Assembly (NCBI RefSeq): GCF_009914755.1
Contig: NC_060946.1
Source: the human T2T-CHM13v2.0 reference genome, Homo sapiens
Length of the DNA: 64,000 nucleotides
Direction: 5' to 3' (one strand)
In this document: positions 13,401 through 26,500 of the stretch, piece after piece
Position numbering within the stretch: the stretch's first letter is position 1
Layout of the letters: every line of letters starts with the position of its first letter
Made by a program: the position numbers and the translations under genes
Notes under the pieces: generated by a model
Told to the model about the DNA's origin: nothing
The model's database searches: none
The model's input: the letters and a program-made list of their open reading frames with translations, nothing else

Positions 13401-16400
13401 CTGAGAATGTTTCTGTCTAGTGGTTATGGGAAGATATTTGCTTTTTCACCGTAGGCCTCAGAGCGCTCCAAATATCCACTTGCACATACTACAAAAAGAG
13501 TGCCTCAAAGCTGCTCTTTGAAACGGAATGTTCAACTCTATGAGTTGAATGCAAACATCACAAAGACGTTTCTGAGAATGCTTCTGTCTAGATTTGATAT
13601 GAAGATATTCCCGTTTCCAACGAAATCTTCAAATCTATCCAAATGTCCACTTGCATAATCAACAAAAAGTGTTTTTCAGAACTGCTCTATCAAAAGAAAG
13701 ATCCACCTCTGTTAGCTGAGTTCACACATCACAAACAAGTTTATGAGAATGCTTCTGTCTAGTTTTTATTTGAAGATATTTCCTTTCTCACCATAGACCT
13801 GAAAGCTGTCCTAATGTTCACTTCCAGATACTACAGAAAGAGTGTTTCAAAACTGCTGTACGAAAGGGAATGTTCAACTCTGTGACTTGAATGCACACAT
13901 CACAAAGAAGTTTCTGAGGATGCTGCTGTCTACTTTTTATACGTAATCCCGTTTCCAACGAAATCCTCCAAGCTATCCAAATATCCACTTGCAGATTCCA
14001 CAGAAAGACTGTTTCAAAACTGCTCTGTCAATAGAAAGGTTCAACTCTGTTAGCTGCGTGCATATATCCCAAAGAAGATTCTGAGATTGCTTCTGTCTAG
14101 TTTTTATGGGAAGATATTTCCCTTTTCACCGTAGGCGTCAAGGCGCTCCAAATGTCCACTTCCAGATACTACAAAAAGAGTGTTTCAAACCTACTCTGTG
14201 AAAGCGAATATTCAACTCTGTGACTTGAATGCACATATCACAAAGAAGTTTCTGAGAATGCTTCTGTCGAGATTTTATATGAAGATATTCCCGTTTCCAA
14301 AGAAATCCTGAAATCTATCCAAATATCCCCTCGCAGATTCTACAAAAAGAGTGTTTCAAAACTGCTCTGTAAAAAGAAAGGTTCAACTCTGTTAGTTGAG
14401 TACACACATCACAAACAAGTTTCACAGAATGCTTCTTTCTAGCTTGTAGGGGAAGATATTCCCTTTATCACCATGGTCCTCCAACCGTCCGAAACGTCCA
14501 CTTCCATATACTACAAAAAGAGCGTTTCAAACCTGCTCTAGGAAAGGCAATGTTCAACTCTGTGACTTGAATGCAGACATCACAGAGCAGTTTCTGAGAA
14601 TGCTTCTGTCTAGATTTTATAGGAAGATATTCCCGTTTCCAACGAAATCTTCACAGCTATCCAAATATCCACTTGCAGATTCTACAAAAAGAGTGTATCA
14701 AAACTGCTCTGTCAAAAGGAAGGTTCTTCTCTGTTAGGTGAGTGCATACGTCATAAAGGAGTTTCTGAGAATGTTTCTGTCTAGTGGTTATGGGAAGATA
14801 TTTGCTTTTTCACCGTAGGCCTCAGAGCGCTCCAAATATCCACTTGCACATACTACAAAAAGAGTGCCTCAGAGCTGCTCTCTGAAACGGAATGTTCAAC
14901 TCTATGAGTTGAATGCAAACATCACAAAGACGTTTCTGAGAATGCTTCTGTCTAGATTTGATATGAAGATATTCCCGTTTCCAACGAAATCTTCAAATCT
15001 ATCCAAATGTCCACTTGCAGATTCAACAAAAAGTGTTTTTCAGAACTGCTCTATCAAAAGAAAGATCCACCTCTGTTAGCTGAGTTCACACATCACAAAC
15101 AAGTTTATGAGAATGCTTCTGTCTAGTTTTTATTTGAAGATATTTCCTTTCTCACCATAGACCTGAAAGCTGTCCTAATGTTCACTTCCAGATACTACAG
15201 AAAGAGTGTTTCAAAACTGCTGTACGAAAGGGAATGTTCAACTCTGTGACTTGAATGCACACATCACAAAGAAGTTTCTGAGGATGCTGCTGTCTACTTT
15301 TTATACGTAATCCCGTTTCCAACGAAATCCTCCAAGCTATCCAAATATCCACTTGCAGATTCCACAGAAAGACTGTTTCAAAACTGCTCTGTCAATAGAA
15401 AGGTTCAACTCTGTTAGCTGCGTGCATATATCCCAAAGAAGATTCTGAGATTCCTTCTGTCTAGTTTTTATGGGAAGATATTTCCCTTTTCACCGTAGGC
15501 GTCAAGGCGCTCCAAATGTCCACTTCCAGATACTACAAAAAGAGTGTTTCAAACCTACTCTGTGAAAGGGAATATTCAACTCTGTGACTTGAATGCACAT
15601 ATCACAAAGAAGTTTCTGAGAATGCTTCTGTCGAGATTTTATATGAAGATATTCCCGTTTCCAACGAAATCCTGAAATCTATCCAAATATCCCCTCGCAG
15701 ATTCTACAAAAAGAGTGTTTCAAAACTGTTCTGTAAAAAGAAAGGTTCAACTCTGTTAGTTGAGTACACACATCACAAACAAGTATCACAGAATGCTTCT
15801 TTCTAGCTTGTAGGGGAAGATATTCCCTTTATCACCATGGGCCTCAAACCGTCCGAAACGTCCACTTCCATATACTTCAAAAAGAGCGTTTCAAACCTGC
15901 TCTATGAAAGGCAATGTTCAACTCTGTGACTTGAATGCAGACATCACAGAGCTGTTTATGAGAATGCTTCTGTCTAGATTTTATAGGATGATATTCCCGT
16001 TTCCAACGAAATCTTCACAGCTATCCAAATATCCACTTGCAGATTCTACAAAAAGAGTGTATCCAAACTGCTCTGGCAAAAGGAAGGTTCTTCTCTGTTA
16101 GGTGAGTGCATACGTCATAAAGGAGTTTCTGAGAATGTTTCTGTCTAGTGGTTATGGGAAGATATTTGCTTTTTCACCGTAGGCCTCAGAGCGCTCCAAA
16201 TATCCACTTGCACATACTACAAAAAGAGTGCCTCAAAGCTGCTCTCTGAAATGGAATGTTCAACTCTATGAGTTGAATGCAAACATCACAAAGACGTTTC
16301 TGAGAATGCTTCTGTCTAGATTTGATATGAAGATATTCCCGTTTCCAACGAAATCTTCAAATCTATCCAAATGTCCACTTGCAGATTCAACAAAAAGTGT

Positions 16401-19400
16401 TTTTCAGAACTGCTCTATCAAAAGAAAGATCCACCTCTGTTAGCTGAGTTCACACATCCAAACAAGTTTATGAGAATGCTTCTGTCTAGTTTTTATTTGA
16501 AGATATTTCCTTTCTCACCATAGACCTGAAAGCTGTCCTAATGTTCACTTCCAGATACTACAGAAAGAGTGTTTCAAAACTGCTGTACGAAAGGGAATGT
16601 TCAACTCTGTGACTTGAATGCACACATCACAAAGAAGTTTCTGAGGATGCTGCTGTCTACTTTTTATACGTAATCCCGTTTCCAACGAAATCCTCCAAGC
16701 TATCCAAATATCCACTTGCAGATTCCACAGAAAGACTGTTTCAAAACTGCTCTGTCAATAGAAAGGTTCAACTCTGTTAGCTGCGTGCATATATCCCAAA
16801 GAAGATTCTGAGATTGCTTCTGTCTAGTTTTTATGGGAAGATATTTCCCTTTTCACCGTAGGCGTCAAGGCGCTCCAAATGTCCACTTCCAGATACTACA
16901 AAAAGAGTGTTTCAAACCTACTCTGTGAAAAGGAATATTCAACTCTGTGACTTGAATGCACATATCACAAAGAAGTTTCTGAGAATGCTTCTGTCGAGAT
17001 TTTATATGAAGATATTCCCGTTTCCAACGAAATCCTGAAATCTATCCAAATATCCCCTCGCAGATTCTACAAAAAGAGTGTTTCAAAACTGCTCTGTAAA
17101 AAGAAAGGTTCAACTCTGTTAGTTGAGTACACACATCACAAACAAGTTTCACAGAATGCTTCTTTCTAGCTTGTAGGGGAAGATATTCCCTTTATCACCA
17201 TGGGCCTCCAACCGTCCGAAACGTCCACTTCCATATACTACAAAAAGAGCGTTTCAAACCTGCTCTAGGAAAGGCAATGTTCAACTCTGTGACTTGAATG
17301 CAGACATCACAGAGCAGTTTCTGAGAATGCTTCTGTCTAGATTTTATAGGAAGATATTCCCGTTTCCAACGAAATCTTCACAGCTATCCAAATATCCACT
17401 TGCAGATTCTACAAAAAGAGTGTATCAAAACTGCTCTGTCAAAAGGAAGGTTCTTCTCTGTTAGGTGAGTGCATACGTCATAAAGGAGTTTCTGAGAATG
17501 TTTCTGTCTAGTGGTTATGGGAAGATATTTGCTTTTTCACCGTAGGCCTCAGAGCGCTCCAAATATCCACTTGCACATACTACAAAAAGAGTGCCTCAAA
17601 GCTGCTCTTTGAAAGGGAATGTTCAACTCTATGAGTTGAATGCAAACATCACAAAGACGTTTCTGAGAATGCTTCTGTCTAGATTTGATATGAAGATATT
17701 CCCGTTTCCAACGAAATCTTCAAATCTATCCAAATGTCCACTTGCAGATTCAACAAAAAGTGTTTTTCAGAACTGCTCTATCAAAAGAAAGATCCACATC
17801 TGTTAGCTGAGTTCACACATCACAAACAAGTTTATGAGAATGCTTCTGTCTAGTTTTTATTTGAAGATATTTCCTTTCTCACCATAGACCTGAAAGCTGT
17901 CCTAATGTTCACTTCCAGATACTACAGAAAGAGTGTTTCAAAACTGCTGTATGAAAGGGAATGTTCAACTCTGTGACTTGAATGCACACATCACAAAGAA
18001 GTTTCTGAGGATGCTGCTGTCTACTTTTTATATGTAATCCCGTTTCCAACGAAATCCTCCAAGCTATCCAAATATCCACTTGCAGATTCCACAGAAAGAC
18101 TGTTTCAAAACTGCTCTGTCAATAGAAAGGTTCAACTCTGTTAGCTGCGTGCATATATCCCAAAGAAGATTCTGAGATTGCTTCTGTCTAGTTTTTATGG
18201 GAAGATATTTCCCTTTTCACCGTAGGCGTCAAGGCGCTCCAAATGTCCACTTCCAGATACTACAAAAAGAGTGTTTCAAACCTACTCTGTGAAAGGGAAT
18301 ATTCAACTCTGTGACTTGAATGCACATATCACAAAGAAGTTTCTGATAATGCTTCTGTCGAGATTTTATATGAAGATATTCCCGTTTCCAACGAAATCCT
18401 GAAATCTATCCAAATATCCCCTCGCAGATTCTACAAAAAGAGTGTTTCAAAACTGCTCTGTAAAAAGAAAGGTTCAACTCTGTTAGTTGAGTACACACAT
18501 CACAAACAAGTTTCACAGAATGCTTCTTTCTAGCTTGTAGGGGAAGATATTCCCTTTATCACCATGGGCCTCCAACCGTCCGAAACGTCCACTTCCATAT
18601 ACTACAAAAAGAGCGTTTCAAACCTGCTCTAGGAAAGGCAATGTTCAACTCTGTGACTTGAATGCAGACATCACAGAGCAGTTTCTGAGAATGCTTCTGT
18701 CTAGATTTTATAGGAAGATATTCCCGTTTCCAACGAAATCTTCACAGCTATCCAAATATCCACTTGCAGATTCTACAAAAAGAGTGTATCAAAACTGCTC
18801 TGTCAAAAGGAAGGTTCTTCTCTGTTAGGTGAGTGCATACGTCATAAAGGAGTTTCTGAGAATGTTTCTGTCTAGTGGTTATGGGAAGATATTTGCTTTT
18901 TCACCGTAGGCCTCAGAGCGCTCCAAATATCCACTTGCACATACTACAAAAAGAGTGCCTCAAAGCTGCTCTTTGAAACGGAATGTTCAACTCTATGAGT
19001 TGAATGCAAACATCACAAAGACGTTTCTGAGAATGCTTCTGTCTAGATTTGATATGAAGATATTCCCGTTTCCAACGAAATCTTCAAATCTATCCAAATG
19101 TCCACTTGCAGATTCAACAAAAAGTGTTTTTCAGAACTGCTCTATCAAAAGAAAGATCCACCTCTGTTAGCTGAGTTCACACATCACAAACAAGTTTATG
19201 AGAATGCTTCTGTCTAGTTTTTATTTGAAGATATTTCCTTTCTCACCATAGACCTGAAAGCTGTCCTAATGTTCACTTCCAGATACTACAGAAAGAGTGT
19301 TTCAAAACTGCTGTACGAAAGGGAATGTTCAACTCTGTGACTTGAATGCACACATCACAAAGAAGTTTCTGAGGATGCTGCTGTCTACTTTTTATACGTA

Positions 19401-20549
19401 ATCCCGTTTCCAACGAAATCCTCCAAGCTATGCAAATATCCACTTGCAGATTCCACAGAAAGACTGTTTCAAAACTGCTCTGTCAATAGAAAGGTTCAAC
19501 TCTGTTAGCTGCGTGCATATATCCCAAAGAAGATTCTGAGATTGCTTCTGTCTAGTTTTTATGGGAAGATATTTCCCTTTTCACCGTAGGCGTCAAGGCG
19601 CTCCAAATGTCCACTTCCAGATACTACAAAAAGAGTGTTTCAAACCTACTCTGTGAAAGGGAATATTCAACTCTGTGACTTGAATGCACATATCACAAAG
19701 AAGTTTCTGAGAATGCTTCGGTCGAGATTTTATATGAAGATATTCCCGTTTCCAACGAAATCCTGAAATCTATCCAAATATCCCCTCGCAGATTCTACAA
19801 AAAGAGTGTTTCAAAACTGCTCTGTAAAAAGAAAGGTTCAACTCTGTTAGTTGAGTACACACATCACAAACAAGTATCACAGAATGCTTCTTTCTAGCTT
19901 GTAGGGGAAGATATTCCCTTTATCACCATGGGCCTCAAACCGTCCGAAACGTCCACTTCCATATACTTCAAAAAGAGCGTTTCAAACCTGCTCTATGAAA
20001 GGCAATGTTCAACTCTGTGACTTGAATGCAGACATCACAGAGCTGTTTATGAGAATGCTTCTGTCTAGATTTTATAGGATGATATTCCCGTTTCCAACGA
20101 AATCTTCACAGCTATCCAAATATCCACTTGCAGATTCTACAAAAAGAGTGTATCCAAACTGCTCTGGCAAAAGGAAGGTTCTTCTCTGTTAGGTGAGTGC
20201 ATACGTCATAAAGGAGTTTCTGAGAATGTTTCTGTCTAGTGGTTATGGGAAGATATTTGCTTTTTCACCGTAGGCCTCAGAGCGCTCCAAATATCCACTT
20301 GCACATACTACAAAAAGAGTGCCTCAAAGCTGCTCTCTGAAATGGAATGTTCAACTCTATGAGTTGAATGCAAACATCACAAAGACGTTTCTGAGAATGC
20401 TTCTGTCTAGATTTGATATGAAGATATTCCCGTTTCCAACGAAATCTTTAAATCTATCCAAATGTCCACTTCTATAATCAACAAAAAGTGTTTTTCAGAA
20501 CTGCTCTATCAAAAGAAAGATCCACCTCTGTTAGCTGAGTTCACACATC
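1458..20549. repeat. Tandem duplication of a 7-HOR block (2 x 9546 bp); breakpoints uncertain by ~400 bp
   Basis: Rare variants recur at exactly +9546: 2121/11667, the 2538-2797 cluster/12084-12343, 3509/13055, 4659/14205, 10174/19720 and 10903/20449. ORF variants pair the same way (2248/11794, 2590/12136, 6682/16228). Confidence 0.93.
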
Positions 20550-23500
20550 CAAACAAGTTTATGAGAATGCTTCTGTCTAGTTTTTATTTGAAGATATTTC
20601 CTTTCTCACCATAGACCTGAAAGCTGTCCTAATGTTCACTTCCAGATACTACAGAAAGAGTGTTTCAAAACTGCTGTACGAAAGGGAATGTTCAACTCTG
20701 TGACTTGAATGCACACATCACAAAGAAGTTTCTGAGGATGCTGCTGTCTACTTTTTATACGTAATCCCGTTTCCAACGAAATCCTCCAAGCTATCCAAAT
20801 ATCCACTTGCAGATTCCACAGAAAGACTGTTTCAAAACTGCTCTGTCAATAGAAAGGTTCAACTCTGTTAGCTGCGTGCATATATCCCAAAGAAGATTCT
20901 GAGATTGCTTCTGTCTAGTTTTTATGGGAAGATATTTCCCTTTTCACCGTAGGTGTCAAGGCGCTCCAAATGTCCACTTCCAGATACTACAAAAAGAGTG
21001 TTTCAAACCTACTCTGTGAAAAGGAATATTCAACTCTGTGACTTTAATGCACATATCACAAAGAAGTTTCTGAGAATGCTTCTGTCGAGATTTTATATGA
21101 AGATATTCCCGTTTCCAACGAAATCCTGAAATCTATCCAAATATCCCCTCGCAGATTCTACAAAAAGAGTGTTTCAAAACTGCTCTGTAAAAAGAAAGGT
21201 TCAACTCTGTTAGTTGAGTACACACATCACAAACAAGTTTCACAGAATGCTTCTTTCTAGCTTGTAGGGGAAGATATTCCCTTTATCACCATGGGCCTCC
21301 AACCGTCCGAAACGTCCACTTCCATATACTACAAAAAGAGCGTTTCAAACCTGCTCTATGAAAGGCAATGTTCAACTCTGTGACTTGAATGCAGACATCA
21401 CAGAGCAGTTTCTGAGAATGCTTCTGTCTAGATTTTATAGGAAGATATTCCCGTTTCCAACGAAATCTTCACAGCTATCCAAATATCCACTTGCAGATTC
21501 TACAAAAAGAGTGTATCAAAACTGCTCTGTCAAAAGGAAGGTTCTTCTCTGTTAGGTGAGTGCATACGTCATAAAGGAGTTTCTGAGAATGTTTCTGTCT
21601 AGTGGTTATGGGAAGATATTTGCTTTTTCACCGTAGGCCTCAGAGCGCTCCAAATATCCACTTGCACATACTACAAAAAGAGTGCCTCAAAGCTGCTCTT
21701 TGAAACGGAATGTTCAACTCTATGAGTTGAATGCAAACATCACAAAGACGTTTCTGAGAATGCTTCTGTCTAGATTTGATATGAAGATATTCCCGTTTCC
21801 AACGAAATCTTCAAATCTATCCAAATGTCCACTTGCAGATTCAACAAAAAGTGTTTTTCAGAACTGCTCTATCAAAAGAAAGATCCACATCTGTTAGCTG
21901 AGTTCACACATCACAAACAAGTTTATGAGAATGCTTCTGTCTAGTTTTTATTTGAAGATATTTCCTTTCTCACCATAGACCTGAAAGCTGTCCTAATGTT
22001 CACTTCCAGATACTACAGAAAGAGTGTTTCAAAACTGCTGTATGAAAGGGAATGTTCAACTCTGTGACTTGAATGCACACATCACAAAGAAGTTTCTGAG
22101 GATGCTGCTGTCTACTTTTTATATGTAATCCCGTTTCCAACGAAATCCTCCAAGCTATCCAAATATCCACTTGCAGATTCCACAGAAAGACTGTTTCAAA
22201 ACTGCTCTGTCAATAGAAAGGTTCAACTCTGTTAGCTGCGTGCATATATCCCAAAGAAGATTCTGAGATTGCTTCTGTCTAGTTTTTATGGGAAGATATT
22301 TCCCTTTTCACCGTAGGCGTCAAGGCGCTCCAAATGTCCACTTCCAGATACTACAAAAAGAGTGTTTCAAACCTACTCTGTGAAAGGGAATATTCAACTC
22401 TGTGACTTGAATGCACATATCACAAAGAAGTTTCTGAGAATGCTTCTGTCGAGATTTTATATGAAGATATTCCCGTTTCCAACGAAATCCTGAAATCTAT
22501 CCAAATATCCCCTCGCAGATTCTACAAAAAGAGTGTTTCAAAACTGCTCTGTAAAAAGAAAGGTTCAACTCTGTTAGTTGAGTACACACATCACAAACAA
22601 GTTTCACAGAATGCTTCTTTCTAGCTTGTAGGGGAAGATATTCCCTTTATCACCATGGGCCTCCAACCGTCCGAAACGTCCACTTCCATATACTACAAAA
22701 AGAGCGTTTCAAACCTGCTCTAGGAAAGGCAATGTTCAACTCTGTGACTTGAATGCAGACATCACAGAGCAGTTTCTGAGAATGCTTCTGTCTAGATTTT
22801 ATAGGAAGATATTCCCGTTTCCAACGAAATCTTCACAGCTATCCAAATATCCACTTGCAGATTCTACAAAAAGAGTGTATCAAAACTGCTCTGTCAAAAG
22901 GAAGGTTCTTCTCTGTTAAGTGAGTGCATACGTCATAAAGGAGTTTCTGAGAATGTTTCTGTCTAGTGGTTATGGGAAGATATTTGCTTTTTCACCGTAG
23001 GCCTCAGAGCGCTCCAAATATCCACTTGCACATACTACAAAAAGAGTGCCTCAAAGCTGCTCTCTGAAACGGAATGTTCAACTCTATGAGTTGAATGCAA
23101 ACATCACAAAGACGTTTCTGAGAATGCTTCTGTCTAGATTTGATATGAAGATATTCCCGTTTCCAACGAAATCTTCAAATCTATCCAAATGTCCACTTGC
23201 AGATTCAACAAAAAGTGTTTTTCAGAACTGCTCTATCAAAAGAAAGATCCACCTCTGTTAGCTGAGTTCACACATCACAAACAAGTTTATGAGAATGCTT
23301 CTGTCTAGTTTTTATTTGAAGATATTTCCTTTCTCACCATAGACCTGAAAGCTGTCCTAATGTTCACTTCCAGATACTACAGAAAGAGTGTTTCAAAACT
23401 GCTGTACGAAAGGGAATGTTCAACTCTGTGACTTGAATGCACACATCACAAAGAAGTTTCTGAGGATGCTGCTGTCTACTTTTTATACGTAATCCCGTTT

Positions 23501-26500
23501 CCAACGAAATCCTCCAAGCTATCCAAATATCCACTTGCAGATTCCACAGAAAGACTGTTTCAAAACTGCTCTGTCAATAGAAAGGTTCAACTCTGTTAGC
23601 TGCGTGCATATATCCCAAAGAAGATTCTGAGATTGCTTCTGTCTAGTTTTTATGGGAAGATATTTCCCTTTTCACCGTAGGCGTCAAGGCGCTCCAAATG
23701 TCCACTTCCAGATACTACAAAAAGAGTGTTTCAAACCTACTCTGTGAAAGGGAATATTCAACTCTGTGACTTGAATGCACATATCACAAAGAAGTTTCTG
23801 AGAATGCTTCTGTCGAGATTTTATATGAAGATATTCCCGTTTCCAACGAAATCCTGAAATCTATCCAAATATCCCCTCGCAGATTCTACAAAAAGAGTGT
23901 TTCAAAACTGCTCTGTAAAAAGAAAGGTTCAACTCTGTTAGTTGAGTACACACATCACAAACAAGTTTCACAGAATGCTTCTTTCTAGCTTGTAGGGGAA
24001 GATATTCCCTTTATCACCATGGGCCTCCAACCGTCCGAAACGTCCACTTCCATATACTACAAAAAGAGCGTTTCAAACCTGCTCTAGGAAAGGCAATGTT
24101 CAACTCTGTGACTTGAATGCAGACATCACAGAGCAGTTTCTGAGAATGCTTCTGTCTAGATTTTATAGGAAGATATTCCCGTTTCCAACGAAATCTTCAC
24201 AGCTATCCAAATATCCACTTGCAGATTCTACAAAAAGAGTGTATCAAAACTGCTCTGTCAAAAGGAAGGTTCTTCTCTGTTAGGTGAGTGCATACGTCAT
24301 AAAGGAGTTTCTGAGAATGTTTCTGTCTAGTGGTTATGGGAAGATATTTGCTTTTTCACCGTAGGCCTCAGAGCGCTCCAAATATCCACTTGCACATACT
24401 ACAAAAAGAGTGCCTCAGAGCTGCTCTCTGAAACGGAATGTTCAACTCTATGAGTTGAATGCAAACATCACAAAGACGTTTCCGAGAATGCTTCTGTCTA
24501 GATTTGATATGAAGATATTCCCGTTTCCAACGAAATCTTCAAATCTATCCAAATGTCCACTTGCAGATTCAACAAAAAGTGTTTTTCAGAACTGCTCTAT
24601 CAAAAGAAAGATCCACCTCTGTTAGCTGAGTTCACACATCACAAACAAGTTTATGAGAATGCTTCTGTCTAGTTTTTATTTGAAGATATTTCCTTTCTCA
24701 CCATAGACCTGAAAGCTGTCCTAATGTTCACTTCCAGATACTACAGAAAGAGTGTTTCAAAACTGCTGTACGAAAGGGAATGTTCAACTCTGTGACTTGA
24801 ATGCACACATCACAAAGAAGTTTCTGAGGATGCTGCTGTCTACTTTTTATACGTAATCCCGTTTCCAACGAAATCCTCCAAGCTATCCAAATATCCACTT
24901 GCAGATTCCACAGAAAGACTGTTTCAAAACTGCTCTGTCAATAGAAAGGTTCAACTCTGTTAGCTGCGTGCATATATCCCGAAGAAGATTCTGAGATTCC
25001 TTCTGTCTAGTTTTTATGGGAAGATATTTCCCTTTTCACCGTAGGCGTCAAGGCGCTCCAAATGTCCACTTCCAGATACTACAAAAAGAGTGTTTCAAAC
25101 CTACTCTGTGAAAGGGAATATTCAACTCTGTGACTTGAATGCACATATCACAAAGAAGTTTCTGAGAATGCTTCTGTCGAGATTTTATATGAAGATATTC
25201 CCGTTTCCAACGAAATCCTGAAATCTATCCAAATATCCCCTCGCAGATTCTACAAAAAGAGTGTTTCAAAACTGTTCTGTAAAAAGAAAGGTTCAACTCT
25301 GTTAGTTGAGTACACACATCACAAACAAGTATCACAGAATGCTTCTTTCTAGCTTGTAGGGGAAGATATTCCCTTTATCACCATGGGCCTCAAACCGTCC
25401 GAAACGTCCACTTCCATATACTTCAAAAAGAGCGTTTCAAACCTGCTCTATGAAAGGCAATGTTCAACTCTGTGACTTGAATGCAGACATCACAGAGCTG
25501 TTTATGAGAATGCTTCTGTCTAGATTTTATAGGATGATATTCCCGTTTCCAACGAAATCTTCACAGCTATCCAAATATCCACTTGCAGATTCTACAAAAA
25601 GAGTGTATCCAAACTGCTCTGGCAAAAGGAAGGTTCTTCTCTGTTAGGTGAGTGCATACGTCATAAAGGAGTTTCTGAGAATGTTTCTGTCTAGTGGTTA
25701 TGGGAAGATATTTGCTTTTTCACCGTAGGCCTCAGAGCGCTCCAAATATCCACTTGCACATACTACAAAAAGAGTGCCTCAAAGCTGCTCTCTGAAATGG
25801 AATGTTCAACTCTATGAGTTGAATGCAAACATCACAAAGACGTTTCTGAGAATGCTTCTGTCTAGATTTGATATGAAGATATTCCCGTTTCCAACGAAAT
25901 CTTCAAATCTATCCAAATGTCCACTTCTATAATCAACAAAAAGTGTTTTTCAGAACTGCTCTATCAAAAGAAAGATCCACCTCTGTTAGCTGAGTTCACA
26001 CATCCAAACAAGTTTATGAGAATGCTTCTGTCTAGTTTTTATTTGAAGATATTTCCTTTCTCACCATAGACCTGAAAGCTGTCCTAATGTTCACTTCCAG
26101 ATACTACAGAAAGAGTGTTTAAAAACTGCTGTACGAAAGGGAATGTTCAACTCTGTGACTTGAATGCACACATCACAAAGAAGTTTCTGAGGATGCTGCT
26201 GTCTACTTTTTATACGTAATCCCGTTTCCAACGAAATCCTCCAAGCTATCCAAATATCCACTTGCAGATTCCACAGAAAGACTGTTTCAAAACTGCTCTG
26301 TCAATAGAAAGGTTCAACTCTGTTAGCTGCGTGCATATATCCCAAAGAAGATTCTGAGATTGCTTCTGTCTAGTTTTTATGGGAAGATATTTCCCTTTTC
26401 ACCGTAGGCGTCAAGGCGCTCCAAATGTCCACTTCCAGATACTACAAAAAGAGTGTTTCAAACCTACTCTGTGAAAAGGAATATTCAACTCTGTGACTTT

